A stretch of DNA of 63,010 nt, the filler included, from Rhabdomonas costata (Eukaryota), in assembly GCA_019059605.1 (NCBI GenBank). It is 50 parts of 50 records of this genome, joined end to end, with 100 filler letters (N's around TTAATTAATTAA, not from the genome) between each part and the next. Parts side by side here need not be neighbours in the genome. Positions count along the whole stretch, not along the records: positions 50,492 to 51,653 come from JAHMHO010025579.1; positions 51,754 to 52,915 come from JAHMHO010025580.1; positions 53,016 to 54,178 come from JAHMHO010025581.1; positions 54,279 to 55,440 come from JAHMHO010025582.1; positions 55,541 to 56,700 come from JAHMHO010025583.1; positions 56,801 to 57,962 come from JAHMHO010025584.1; positions 58,063 to 59,224 come from JAHMHO010025585.1; positions 59,325 to 60,489 come from JAHMHO010025586.1; 42 more parts are not named here. One strand, given 5' to 3'. Of the stretch, positions 51,651 through 63,010 are shown one piece after another. Under the pieces are notes generated by a model, which saw only the letters and a list, made by a program, of their open reading frames with translations, did not search any database and was not told the DNA's origin. The stretch's first letter is position 1. Each line of letters begins with the position of its first letter. A program made the translations under genes and the position numbers.

Positions 51651-52580
51651 ACANNNNNNNNNNNNNNNNNNNNNNNNNNNNNNNNNNNNNNNNNNNNTTA
51701 ATTAATTAANNNNNNNNNNNNNNNNNNNNNNNNNNNNNNNNNNNNNNNNNNNNTGGTTGTTGGACTGTAGCAGCTGATTCTCTCGGGCCAGCTGGGTGTT
51801 CTCAAGGTCCAACGCGCGGAGCTAGGCGCAGGAGGCAACACAGGCAATGCCCGCGCAGAAGGTAAGGGTTTGTGGTGCCCGAGAGAGCATTGCAAAGACA
51901 ACTGATTTTAATTAAACATGAATCTCGTAAAATTGCCGAAATATTTTTTTATAGAAAAAAGGTGCAGTACAACGTCTGAATCTAGAAACACCTTACCATC
52001 AGAAGAACAACATGTCTGCATACTTGATGCTTGAGAACTGGATACCAACCGAAACACAAATAACAACACCGCAAAAAAATATTGCAAAGGAACGTGGGGG
52101 GGACTCAGGGACGACCTTCAGTGTTCTCATCAGAACCGCTACATGGGACAACGGGCAAAAAAAAACTCGCCCACGCACGGGCGACCGACACGACCTAATA
52201 TGAACACTGATCATCTCATCAGGTAACCCACACTTCTCGCTGTCCTCGTTGCCCTTACAATGATTTCCATCCACAGCAAAACTGCTTAAGATCGCTGAAG
52301 TGTTATTCCACGCACAATTACGAACTCCCCCACCTGCCTCCAAAAAATGTTGTGCTTGAATCCAGATAACTATCAACCAACTCTTTGCTGTGTCCCCCCA
52401 TAAAAACTGTGCTGGTCAAAATGAGGTGGCAAGTAATTCACAGTAAAAAGGGGGCACGAAATAACGTGTGGACCCTGAACAGCGGCGAACGATGACTACT
52501 GCACAGAGTGTTGTGACAGGCGACACATATTCGTGCCAAGGGATGCGTGTGGGAAGAGACTGGGGCCGGGGGTGAGGTGC

Positions 52581-52680
52581 CTGATCTCGCTGAGCAGTGT
52601 CTTCCATCCTTTCCCACTGAGCTCGGCGCAGCATCGTCCGCTCCTTCTGGCACTGGTTGTACCGCTGCCGCACGAGGGCG
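52581..52680 (-). CDS. Small exon of unknown protein (ALVRQRYNQCQKERTMLRRAQWERMEDTAQRDQ)
   Basis: GC-rich coding-like island; ends at CAG|GCACCT (putative GC donor). Confidence 0.4.
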
Positions 52681-54764
52681 CTGCCACAACCCAAAACCGT
52701 GAGCATAATAATAATTCGATCGCCACAAGGAACCTCAGATGAACAGCAATACGCAAAAGCAAGGCTCGGAACATGACGAGGCGAAGGGCACATTGATATA
52801 TCTTGAGGGATGCCCTGTTGTTTGCTTTTAGTATCTTGAGGGATAGAATTGGACTGTAACGTGCGCCCCATTCACAACGATGGGAAAGTGTGCAACCCCA
52901 TGGAACACGCAACAGNNNNNNNNNNNNNNNNNNNNNNNNNNNNNNNNNNNNNNNNNNNNTTAATTAATTAANNNNNNNNNNNNNNNNNNNNNNNNNNNNN
53001 NNNNNNNNNNNNNNNGTGTGTGTGTGTGTGTGTGTGTTGCGTTGGCAAAATGACAAAACTGAGAATACCCCCTCGGCGTCCCGTCAGCTAGAGTGAGACA
53101 GCCACAGCGAGTAGACCGACGCCCCCTGCAATGACGGCCGCAGCCAGGCCCGCAAAGGTGATATCGGGGCAAGCATCCGGGCTGGGACGCATGTTCATAG
53201 TTGGGCTGAATGGACAGAAGAGCTGGAGGTTGAGCGGGCTCAGGGAAGGGACGGTGAGTACATGCACAACGGGCCGGATGCAGAGGAATGGTTAGAATGG
53301 ACGGTGGAGCGTGAGATGGAACCACAGATCCTGGTGTGAGAGCAGGCTGGAAAAGGAGCCCCCAAGAAGTGGCGAGTGGCAGCGAGGAGCGGAAAGCCTG
53401 CGGTGGGACAGGAGCAGCCTGAGAGAAGGGGAGAATGGCAGCGAGAAGTGGGAGATCAGAGAGGGAGTGAGGAAGCAATACGCAGGGCCCAAGGCACGAA
53501 GGGATGCCCGGGCAAGTGGAGAGTGGAGAGAAGCGGCAGCAGGGACAGGGTAAGGTTGCCATGCCCGTCCACCAGGAAAGCGGGTCTAAGCCCGGAGTTG
53601 GATGGAGGACCTAAACCCACAAGGGCAATAGCGCCCAAAGGGAAGTGTACGAGCGCGGAAGGTTGGGTACCCACAAAGGGTTCTCTAAACGCGCCAATCG
53701 GGGTTCCCAAGGCCCCGCGTACACTGTGGATCGGGGGTCACATGGGGTAAACCAACCCTACGTGACAAGACAAGACAGCGGGAGAAGGTACCATGGGCTG
53801 ACAAGGGTGTGAGGCCCGATGGGCCCATGCCCTATAGAAAGGTGGGAGCCCAGGGGGGAAGTGGACCTCGAGTCCTCCCCAGAAAAAAGTTATCCTTGCC
53901 AAGTGCACCAAGTGTGTGTGGTTGGGCACGGCCCACACCCTCACCCCAAAGCCAGGGTTTGGCTGTGTCGGAATGCTGTGCTCCGTGTGAAATATGAGTA
54001 TACTGTCCCCATATCTCAAGCTACTCTCCCACTTCACAAATGGCACAAGTGCCCATGGTCCCGCGGCGGCGCCAGCCCCTTCGGCTGTACACCGCTCCCC
54101 TTCTGACCCTCCGCTTGTTCCTCTCGGCGATGCTGCAGTGGGTGCAGCAGGGCCTCGGCTACGCCGCCAACCAACCCCNNNNNNNNNNNNNNNNNNNNNN
54201 NNNNNNNNNNNNNNNNNNNNNNTTAATTAATTAANNNNNNNNNNNNNNNNNNNNNNNNNNNNNNNNNNNNNNNNNNNNGGTGGTGGGGAACCGCGGAGCA
54301 GCTGCATCGCGGTTCCCCGCCCACAGTGGCCATCTCACAGCTTAGGCCCGTAGTGAGACGGTACAGCGCGGCAGCTGCTCCGCGATAACGTCGCTGTGGT
54401 GTTTGGTCAGGGATCTGCGCAGGGTATGGCTTTAAGGACATGCTGTTGTCTTTGTTCAGCTTGGCCTTCACGTCGGTGCAGATGAACGTTTCCGGGTATT
54501 TCTTTGTTTTCGTGTTTGTGTGGATGTTGCTGTACGAAGCGAGTGGTTTTATTGGAATGGCGGCGGACCACCCTTTCATACAACTGTGCCGCTCTCTTGA
54601 TGATTAAGTTTGCCCATCTCCATTAATGAATCTAGCTTTTTTTTTCGTGTGAGTCCTGATGGTCGACGTTTTCTCAGAAACCATAGAGAACGTGCCTGCC
54701 GTGCTGTCCGTACACGGTCTCCACACTACAGCTGCTGGAGTTTGCTTTGCCACTTTTGCCACAG

Positions 54765-54995
54765 ACAGGCATCACAGCTGCAGTGACCTATCACGGCGGC
54801 CTTCCCGAGCATCAGCTTTGAATTCGTGGAGAGCGCTCTGTCTGCCTCATACCTGGCCCAGGCCAGCGTGCAGGTCATCCTTGCCTTTGCCAACGCCGCG
54901 GCGCTGGTGCACAACGTGCCGGGCACGGCGGCTGGTGTCACGATGAGATTGAGCCGGGAAGTTCTGGTGTGGATCTTCAACGGCACCGTGCGCGG
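54765..54995 (+). CDS. Exon encoding a PstS-like periplasmic-binding-protein segment (possibly frameshifted)
   Basis: SFEFVESALSASYLA...AFANAAALVHNVPG....MRLSREVLVWIFNGTV resembles DF..SD.PL....A....YNLPG...L.LS...L..IF.G.I of PstS. Confidence 0.65.
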
Positions 54996-54999
54996 TCAT

Positions 55000-55227
55000 G
55001 AAACCAACAAAACAGTGGTTTCCGTGAATTCCTGCTCTGGTAGCTGGCACGTGGTGGAAGTGGTGCAACGTCCAGTCTCGGCTACGGAGCGCGGCTCGCG
55101 CTGCCTCCAGGGGAAATGTCGAGAGCTTGGTTTCCTGGAGAGCGACCACATGTAGGTCCAGGGGGATGAGTGGAGCCAAGCGATCATGTACCCACCAGGA
55201 CACATTCCAGGTGCCCACCAGCAACAA
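55000..55227 (-). mobile_element. Truncated LINE ORF2 apurinic-type endonuclease (EEP) N-terminus
   Basis: LLVGTWNVSWW...DLHVVALQETKL = canonical TWNV and LQET motifs. Confidence 0.82.
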
Positions 55228-56039
55228 CCGCGTTGAGGACCCAAAGTGTCACCTGTTACATTGTATCTCACAGTACGAGCCTGAGAAAGCCCCCATGGCC
55301 CCCGATGAGTGGCCAGCGTGGCCAGAGTATGTGGTCACTGGGACGGGAGAAGTTCAGCCCATGCTAGGAGCGGAGACTCTAGGTCTCCTCCGTGGCTTCG
55401 GGATGCTGTCCTGGTGTGGCGGCGTCGGCGCCACACCAACNNNNNNNNNNNNNNNNNNNNNNNNNNNNNNNNNNNNNNNNNNNNTTAATTAATTAANNNN
55501 NNNNNNNNNNNNNNNNNNNNNNNNNNNNNNNNNNNNNNNNGTTTTTTGGGTGGTGACCGAGGACCTGAGGTCCGTTCGGGATCCCTTCAGAAAGGCGAGT
55601 GGATGGAGGGGAGGAGGGGAGAGGGACGGCTCCAAAGGTCAGTCGGTGCTGGAGAAGGGACTATCTTCAGTGAGTCATTCTGGGGGGCAATCGGAGAGCG
55701 GTGAGAATGAAAAAGTAGTTGGGACAATAGGGGGGGGGGCTATCGGCCACCCTTCAAGGGAGAAAGAAAAAAAAAGAGGCGGAAATGATGAGAAGCCTTG
55801 ACCTTCCATGACGGAGGAAACTATTCCCCTGGGAGGGGAGGGGAGTCCCTCGAACAGGATCTGGTCCAGCATACGTGACGCGTCAAATAGACTTCCCAAC
55901 ATCCTTCCTGGATTCTAGCCGTTCAGTCCAACCCAGACGTCCCATCTCCTCTGAAGTAGGGGTCAACTGAGATACCTTCCAAACCTTTTTATCCTCATGT
56001 CGCTGATGAAGAAATTCAAAAAAAATCTCATGCATCGGA

Positions 56040-56330
56040 AAAAGGAAAGAAAATTCGCTTTGAAACCGCAAGGTTTTGGAATCATCTCTAAGAAGCCCAA
56101 GGCCTGCTTTTCACCACGATGGAAACATCGATCATACGCAGGTCTCAAGTCCAACAATAATTTACCAGTCCGCTCCAAAAGCAGGGGCAATCAACTTCAC
56201 ACAGGAGCCCGCAGAGGTCAAAAAGGCGGACTAGCTTGCCTCCTGAGGAGCAGCTCTCTTTCCAGTCGTTTGTGTGCCGCTCAAAAACGGCTCTGCTGCA
56301 AAGCCATCTTCCGCAAAACAACTGACCAAA
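56040..56330 (-). pseudogene. Highly degenerate non-LTR reverse transcriptase remnant
   Basis: LLLDLRPAYDRCFHRGEKQALGFLEMIP resembles LLD..KA(F/Y)D.V.H..L..AL...G.P; flanked by stops and frameshifts. Confidence 0.5.
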
Positions 56331-57300
56331 GGGGCAAGGGGAGGAGGTCAGGTGCTCGAGTTTTGTGGCAACGTCTGCCCCCCAACGAATCGTACTTATG
56401 TCACCTGCGGTGAAAATCATCTTCGAAGAGCGTAGGAATGAAGAAGAGTGATGGCGGGAGGGAGGTTCGGGAGCCGGTAGAGCAGGAACCTTGATGGTAA
56501 TCTCTCAAGCATCGTGGGAGAGAGATTTCCTTTCTGGGAGGCCACGTGGAAAGCAGCACAGGCTGCAGACTCTGGCGGCCATGGGGAGCTGCGGGGAGCG
56601 GCGAGTGGGCGCACCTCCAACTTGTTCACCAAGAGCTTTCTCTTTATTTGCCATGCGCGAAGAACTCTATAGAAATATGGTTACTATCCGTAACACCACA
56701 NNNNNNNNNNNNNNNNNNNNNNNNNNNNNNNNNNNNNNNNNNNNTTAATTAATTAANNNNNNNNNNNNNNNNNNNNNNNNNNNNNNNNNNNNNNNNNNNN
56801 TGGGGTTTGTTTCAATTCTGCACAGAAATATTTGTGCAATGTTGTGTTGTGGTTGTGTCTGTGTGTAAGTGTGTGTGTTTGGGGGGGGGGTTAGGGACAG
56901 GATGGTGTGCGTGTGTAAATCGTTGCCTGTGTATATAGACATGTCATTTAGTTTGTATGTTTGTCATTCTGTCTTTGTCTTTGCCACAAATGGTGGAATG
57001 GCTGCAGGAAAGTGTTCCAACGCCAACCTGCAGAAAAGACCTCCACCAAAACCGTGCCTTGTGCACGTTGTGTGTCTGCTCTCGGGCGTACGCGTCTTTG
57101 CACCGAATGACGGTAGTCATGACGTTGCAGGAGGGTGGAGGAGAGATGGCAGATAATGTCACCAGCAATGTTTCTTCCTTCTTGTTACAAAATTAAAAAT
57201 GATTGTAGTTCGGATACGCCAATACAGAACTGACATTCTGTCACCCTTAAACACTTTGCTCAAGCCTTACAAACTTTGTACTTGGCCGCTTTGCACTCAG

Positions 57301-57962
57301 GGGCAGGTGCGACTCCGGCGGAACCACAGCCCATCGGCCGCGGAGTGCAGCGTGACTGCCCCGGCGAGGAAGATCCTCGCGTTTCGACTTCCTCACAGTG
57401 ACATCGATGGAGATGACCTGTACTGCGTGATAACCACCCTGCCAACGCAAGGCTCTGTCCGCCCGCCTTGCCCCCCACCCCGACCGATCCTGGTCTCAAA
57501 CGCTGGGAATGACAGATTTCCTTTTGGGTGTTGCTCGCACTGTCCTAGAAAAGCAACCCCCGGCTAAGTGTCTTCGAGGCAGGTGAAACGGACCTGAGTT
57601 CTCGTGGTGCAGAGAGACCCAGGGTAGAGCAGGGCTGGCCATTTTTTTACGTTTGTAAAAAATAGCATAAAAAGAACGCAAAGAAACGTGAAATCCACGG
57701 TTCCCGGAAAACGTCATCGTTAAAAAGACGTATACAAAAAATGCCAACGCTGGGTAGAGTTGGTGCTGCAGCATTGTTGACTTCCTTTCTCATTTGTCTT
57801 GTCCGTTTGAGTGCCTGACTGTCGAGATTCCAGCCCTATTTATATGGTCAAGGGAACGATGCTCTCTTCTTCGCAGGCTTTCTGTACCAGCTTGACGACA
57901 GCTCTCCCATTGTGAGTCCCCTGACAATCGTGGCGAACCCTGGGTGTGAGGTGATGTTCCAG
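57301..57962 (+). CDS. Second cadherin/Ig-like repeat protein; exons 57301-57451 and 57877-57962 joined by a GC-AG intron
   Basis: RNHSPSA...LPHSDIDGDDLYCVITTLPTQ|GFLYQL; the motif LP..G.LYQ is restored only by a phase-1 splice at G|GC...AG. Confidence 0.75.
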
Positions 57963-58062
57963 NNNNNNNNNNNNNNNNNNNNNNNNNNNNNNNNNNNNNN
58001 NNNNNNTTAATTAATTAANNNNNNNNNNNNNNNNNNNNNNNNNNNNNNNNNNNNNNNNNNNN

Positions 58063-58683
58063 GGGTGGGGGGGTGGACGCAGACCAACGTGCTGCTAGAG
58101 CTGAACAACGTGGACAGCGCTGTGGTCACTGTGAACGGGTTTGAGGTGTGATACGCTTTCTATCGTCATGTTTTCTTTTCTTTCTTTCTTTTCGTCCTTT
58201 GTCTTCGTGCGCTGCGTTTTGACGCTGAGGAGGGTTTACATTCACCATTTACCATTTATTGATTTTCTCTTTTATCCTACGGACGAATGTGAGAGCTAAT
58301 TCCGCGCCTTCCAATATCCGATATAGTGCCATGCTTCTGTGTCAGAATGTCTTCCATGCTGATTGCACCGATTATAGCTGCCCTCCTTCGCTGTGCGGGT
58401 CAACGCCGACCAGTCCCAGACGGTGTCCCTCCGTGAGGCCGAGCTGCAGGTGGGGCCAAACGTGATCTCCCTGGAGCTGCACCGCAGCCCGAGTGTGGAG
58501 CGTGGCCAGCCCCTGGTTGGCTTCGGGGCGGTGATGACGGGACCCGACGGAGAGCCCCTGCGGCTGCCAGGGAAGGAGCGGCGGGCGACGGCCTTCGAGT
58601 GGAGGTCGGGTCTGTCGCTGTTCGGGGTTATGATGACCCTCCTGTGCGCCGTGGCTGTGCTGGCAGTGGTGGGCATGACCGCG
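58063..58683 (+). CDS. Galactose-binding-like jelly-roll domain followed by a transmembrane helix; exons 58063-58145, 58378-58683
   Basis: LLELNNVDSAVVTVNGFE|...LQVGPNVISLELH... then LSLFGVMMTLLCAVAVLAVVGMTA; phase-0 GT-AG intron. Confidence 0.7.
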
Positions 58684-60438
58684 GTATGTTGGTGCCCGTC
58701 ACGTTGTGCGCTATTTTCCGGAGAGAAGACTGGTCATCTATAGTTTCTAGCAGTGTACAAAACTCGAAATAAAAAGGGGATTAGAACGGACAATAATTCT
58801 CCTTCCCCCCTTCCCCCGCGGGGTGAATATTGCGCCCCCTAAATTTGCAGCACCGGGAGGGACAAACTACCATCATTCTTTGAGTCCAAATTTACCGAAT
58901 AGGGGCAGGGGGTTCGAACTTTTGATGAAAAATGCCCGGTCCTAAATTGGGCAAAATGGGCCGAAAGTGGGCCGAAAAGGCAATAAAGAGAGAGAGAGAG
59001 AGAGTTTAAAACATAGCCCCGGTGTCATTGTCGCTGGAAATGGAGTATTTTCGAAGCGCTTCAGGGTAGCCAACTGTTGACAAAGCTCGATTCGAAAAAG
59101 CTCCGTCACACAGTCAAAAAAGGCTAATATTTCGCCTTCTCTTAGCTCCGTCATAGCCAAGTCTCCCATTGCCCACCCTCATACGAGTTTTACCCCTAAG
59201 TAATTTTTTCTGGCACCCCCACCCNNNNNNNNNNNNNNNNNNNNNNNNNNNNNNNNNNNNNNNNNNNNTTAATTAATTAANNNNNNNNNNNNNNNNNNNN
59301 NNNNNNNNNNNNNNNNNNNNNNNNAAGTCAGAGTTCAACCCCAGCGCAGCCATCTGCGGTGCCCCCATGGTGGCATCGTCAGCAGGTTGGCGTTCGCTCA
59401 CTGCAAAGCGGGAGGGCAGAGAGAGATAAGAGAAACCCGACCTCCTGCGCTTCCACTCATTTCCAAATTCCTTACTCAAAAAGAGAAGAGAAACCTGTTG
59501 AAACATTTATGAGCCGCGCCCTGCCGGAAAACATGGTTGAGTGTTCACCCCCGCTTGTGAGAATGTGGCATTCTTTAGACGGAAGTTATGGCATACTGTG
59601 TACATAAATACATACCATGGTATGTGTTTTCTTTGCTTGGCTCTCATCTGAGTGGATGTTTCCCGGTTTGATATGTCCCCCCCCCCAACTTTTTCTCCTT
59701 ACGCGCAACTCTCCTTTTCAAGTAAACACACCCATTCTCTCACTCCCCAGCGTTTCATAGTGTGGCATCCCCACTCGTATTCTTCCTCTGCTTTTTCATC
59801 TCCTCCACTACCTCCTGTACTCTCCATTGCTCTTCGGTGCTGCGCCAGACATGTGTTCTATGCTGTAGCAGGTGGGAAAGGCCCAGTGAGTCGTAGTGGT
59901 GCATGTCAATAATACTGGAAAGACCTCGTACTCCGCATGACCTGCAAGTGGAAACAGAACCTGAAACGACCAAATGTGGTTACAGCCTTAAGGTTCCAAA
60001 AGATGCCCCTGAAAGAAAAAATAAGCTGTAAAGCGCCTAACCGGCAACAGCAGGCGTATTAGCCAGCCGCTCACCTTACAACGGGTTCCAAAGGAGCTAG
60101 AACCCAACGGCTCAGAAGCGGCGCAACCTCCCGCTTTAATTCCCCGCGTCTGTTTGCATCCATCCAAGAACGCAAGCACATCACCGTTGTGTGTGCGGAA
60201 GGTCAGTGGTGGATATACAGAAGGTCAAACAGCCGCACCCCAATGAAAGGAAGGCAAACTGGACCCAAATAAAAATCATATAAACGCGCCATTTTCGTAC
60301 GCCGTCGCACAGTTGTGACACAAATCGAAGAAATCGAAGCAGACCGGAGCTGTTCTAACCTCTTTCGACAGGGACGAGGGCAGCGAGGAGGCAGAGTAAG
60401 CATGGGGCAGCGCGCTTAACGTTTGCCCAAGGTTCAAG

Positions 60439-60439
<1 letters not shown>

Positions 60440-60477
<38 letters not shown>
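60440..60477. repeat. (CA)n microsatellite
   Basis: Direct read. Shorter (GT)n runs also occur at about 7603-7622 and 53016-53037. Confidence 0.95.
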
Positions 60478-60485
<8 letters not shown>

Positions 60486-60600
60486 CGAANNNNNNNNNNN
60501 NNNNNNNNNNNNNNNNNNNNNNNNNNNNNNNNNTTAATTAATTAANNNNNNNNNNNNNNNNNNNNNNNNNNNNNNNNNNNNNNNNNNNNCACACACACAC

Positions 60601-61745
60601 CAGTGTCAAACGTGGCCAGAGTGGCGCCTGAGGCAGAAAGGTACTGCACCACCACCTGGGCCTTGTCTGGGGTCATGGCCTGTGCGGTCCGCACCAGGGC
60701 CTGGAACAAGAAGGGCTGCACCCCAGAGTCCACGTAGGTCGCATAGCTGAACAACGGAAACCATTCCCATGAAACCGGAAAAGCAAAAATAGAAGCAAGC
60801 AAAACCTTTGAGGGTGAACTGAGCGCCTCGGGGTTTCACACACACACAAGCAAAAGAAAGACCGTCCTTGCACACCCCTCTTTGTAGTGAGCTTTCTGGC
60901 AGCTGTTGGGTTCCCTCTCTCCAACTCTCTCGCGGCTGCTTCTTCCCCTCGCCGCCTTTAAGGTGGTGTACTTTTTGCAGGAAACGAAGTCAAACTGAGT
61001 GGAGTGAAGCAATAAAGTTAGCGCACGTCTCTTGCTGCTCTTCCCTTCCCTTTCAGCCCTCATTATATTGCCCGCGAGAACTTTTTACATGAACTCCAAA
61101 GGAGGCGTTTTCACCTTACAAGCGATATTTTCCGAGTAAAGTCGACTGGAGTAAACTTCTGTTGCATTTCAACAACATGGTTGTTGGGAACAAGTATCTT
61201 CCCAAATGGCGCACAGAAAAGACGACATGATTTCTGCTCGTGGCATGTTATGAGGTGTTCCAGGATTTTTCAACCTTTTTCCGGACATAAAAGCGATCAT
61301 AAAAGTATCATAATATCTCGCCTTTGAGATTCCTTGGCCATTTTTCCCAGAAAAATTGTTCCGGCTTCAACTCACTTTTGCATAACCCTTCACACAAATT
61401 TTTAGTGCACTTCCCTGGAATTTTGGACATCACCGCTTTGTGATGGAAAAACAATGATAGCCAGAAACCTTGTGATGTTCACGGACTGGCTGAGGGAGGC
61501 AGAGACTGCCGAGCCCAGGGCGAAGTACTGCGCCCCCATCGGGGGCGGGGGGCTGGCGGAGCGCACCCCCCAGCCCGCGCCCGAAGGGCTCTGGGTCCAC
61601 CCGGAGATGCTACCCAGCTCCGCCCCACCATTGTACACCAGCTCGGAGCCGTACGCCGCGTCGTAGGCCGTCGGGGGAGCGAAGAACAGGAACAGCTCCG
61701 TGTCATCCACGACAGGACGCCGACCGAGAACCTCGGTCTGAACCC
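60601..61745 (-). CDS. Carbohydrate-binding (FBA/CBM4_9-like) jelly-roll domain; exons ~61745-61469 and 60746-60601
   Basis: ELVYNGGAELGSISGWT...GAQYF..G....LSQSVNIT|SYATYVDSG...DKAQVVVQYLSASGATLATFDTG; the intron joins in phase 2. Confidence 0.78.
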
Positions 61746-62596
61746 AACACANNNNNNNNNNNNNNNNNNNNNNNNNNNNNNNNNNNNNNNNNNNNTTAAT
61801 TAATTAANNNNNNNNNNNNNNNNNNNNNNNNNNNNNNNNNNNNNNNNNNNNAAGAGTATTCGACCCGTGCACTGGACCCCCCCTTTCGTCCCGAACCCAA
61901 GGTTTGGCAAAGGAGCCAGTGACTTCCAATGCGATTCCCCCCCAGCTGGTGGCCAGGAAGTCTTCCATACTTCTGGTGCAGACAGCTGTGTGATGTGAAC
62001 TCTCCGGTGCACAACAACAACGGGAGCGGTTACATTTGGGACATTTGGGATGGCCCCCCGTACCCTGTGTGCATGCATCCACATGAGGCAACCCCCCCTC
62101 TCCAACTGCAGTGCTTACACATCCTCCCCACTCATTTGCGTGCTTACAGGTGTGGTGCTCACCTTCCCCACACACACACCATACAATTTGCATTAGAATT
62201 AACCGTTGGATCGAGAAATAATGTCTCTTTTTGTTACTGGAACTTGGGCATAACTGGACCTCTCAATAAGTTCAAGGTGAAGGAAAACGGAATGCCATAT
62301 GAAGAGAAGAATCTGAACCGATTATGATATGGCCAAGAGTCTTGTAAACCCATGGTTCGAGCAAAACAACAGCAAAAGCGAAAAAAAGTACAGCAAATTG
62401 TCGGGCGAAAAAGTGCCCTTCAGTGGCTTGTCGGCCCGCTTGCGGGCGTAATTTTCAACTTCTTGAAGTTGAAATACTCATAGAGTTGCCGCAGCAACGC
62501 GTGTGGTCGAAGTTTATGGTCTGTTGGGTGAACTTTTTTGATAGGATGCCCATGTTGTGGGATGTTGGCGTGATGGCCATTACATTGGAAAGAATC

Positions 62597-62676
62597 CCAG
62601 AAAGTGGGGTTTGAACCCGCAGAACTCATTCCTTTGCTGCATTTGTTCACGACGCAACCAACTGCGCCATCTCTTG
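62597..62676 (-). pseudogene. tRNA-derived element (tRNA pseudogene or SINE head)
   Basis: Minus strand: CAAGAGA TG GCGC AGTTGGTT GCGT ... GCGGG TTCAAAC CCCAC TTTCTGG. A box, B box, D stem 4/4, T stem 4/5, acceptor stem 6/7; no proper anticodon arm. Confidence 0.65.
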
Positions 62677-63010
62677 TGATGTTAATTAACAGTGCTACTA
62701 TCCTGATATGGACGGTTCTCAGCTTCTGGAACCCTGAAACCATAAACAGTTGCTTTGATTTCTAGCTAGAGATGCGTGTGTTTGTTGTACTTTTGCACTT
62801 TTTAATGTGGGGCTGTGTTCCATATATGATTTGGTCTGGTTCCGTACTCTCCGGATTTTGAAACACGTAACACTTGTGGGGAATTTGGAGGAACCATTAC
62901 TTTCTGTGCGTATCGTACAGGTAGCAAAATGTAATAATATGTTTAAAAATATATGTTTAATATTTTTAATGTTTTGTACAATGTATGTATCCAATGTTTA
63001 ACAACAATAT

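Noticed and set aside
53331..53345. PBS-like tggtgtgagagcagg
   Set aside because: Two mismatches to TGGTATCAGAGC, and no adjacent LTR end or gag-pol evidence.

Overview
This window is not a continuous locus. It is a concatenation of 50 short contigs (about 1.16 kb each) joined by 49 artificial 100-bp spacers (N44-TTAATTAATTAA-N44). Most contig ends carry G/T-only (5') or C/A-only (3') tails, and four ends carry near-complete copies of the GenomePlex-type whole-genome-amplification adaptor, so the DNA was amplified before sequencing. The source is an intron-rich eukaryote, probably a flagellated protist. A euglenid is my inference, from GTGTGC/GTNYGY-type splice donors, GC-AG introns, a TBC1D31 orthologue and YR- and CRE-type retroelements. 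Recognisable exon fragments: NDP-glucose 4,6-dehydratase, TBC1D31-like protein, two protein kinases, RRM proteins, a filamin repeat, a double-C2H2 zinc-finger protein, a divergent microbial-type PARG (DUF2263), a PstS-like binding domain, two cadherin/Ig-like proteins and two jelly-roll proteins. Mobile DNA includes a tyrosine-recombinase-type RT, two CRE/R2-type REL fragments, a LINE APE fragment, degenerate RT remnants and a tRNA-derived element. The most unusual objects are a terminally redundant 1,085-bp circular or tandem unit built partly from a CRE-like retrotransposon end, a dispersed ~145-bp element with base-pairing potential present in two contigs, and a repeat-rich TTAGGG-containing module. 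No complete novel system can be demonstrated from fragments this short. Protein family calls come from my recognition of motifs, not from database searches.
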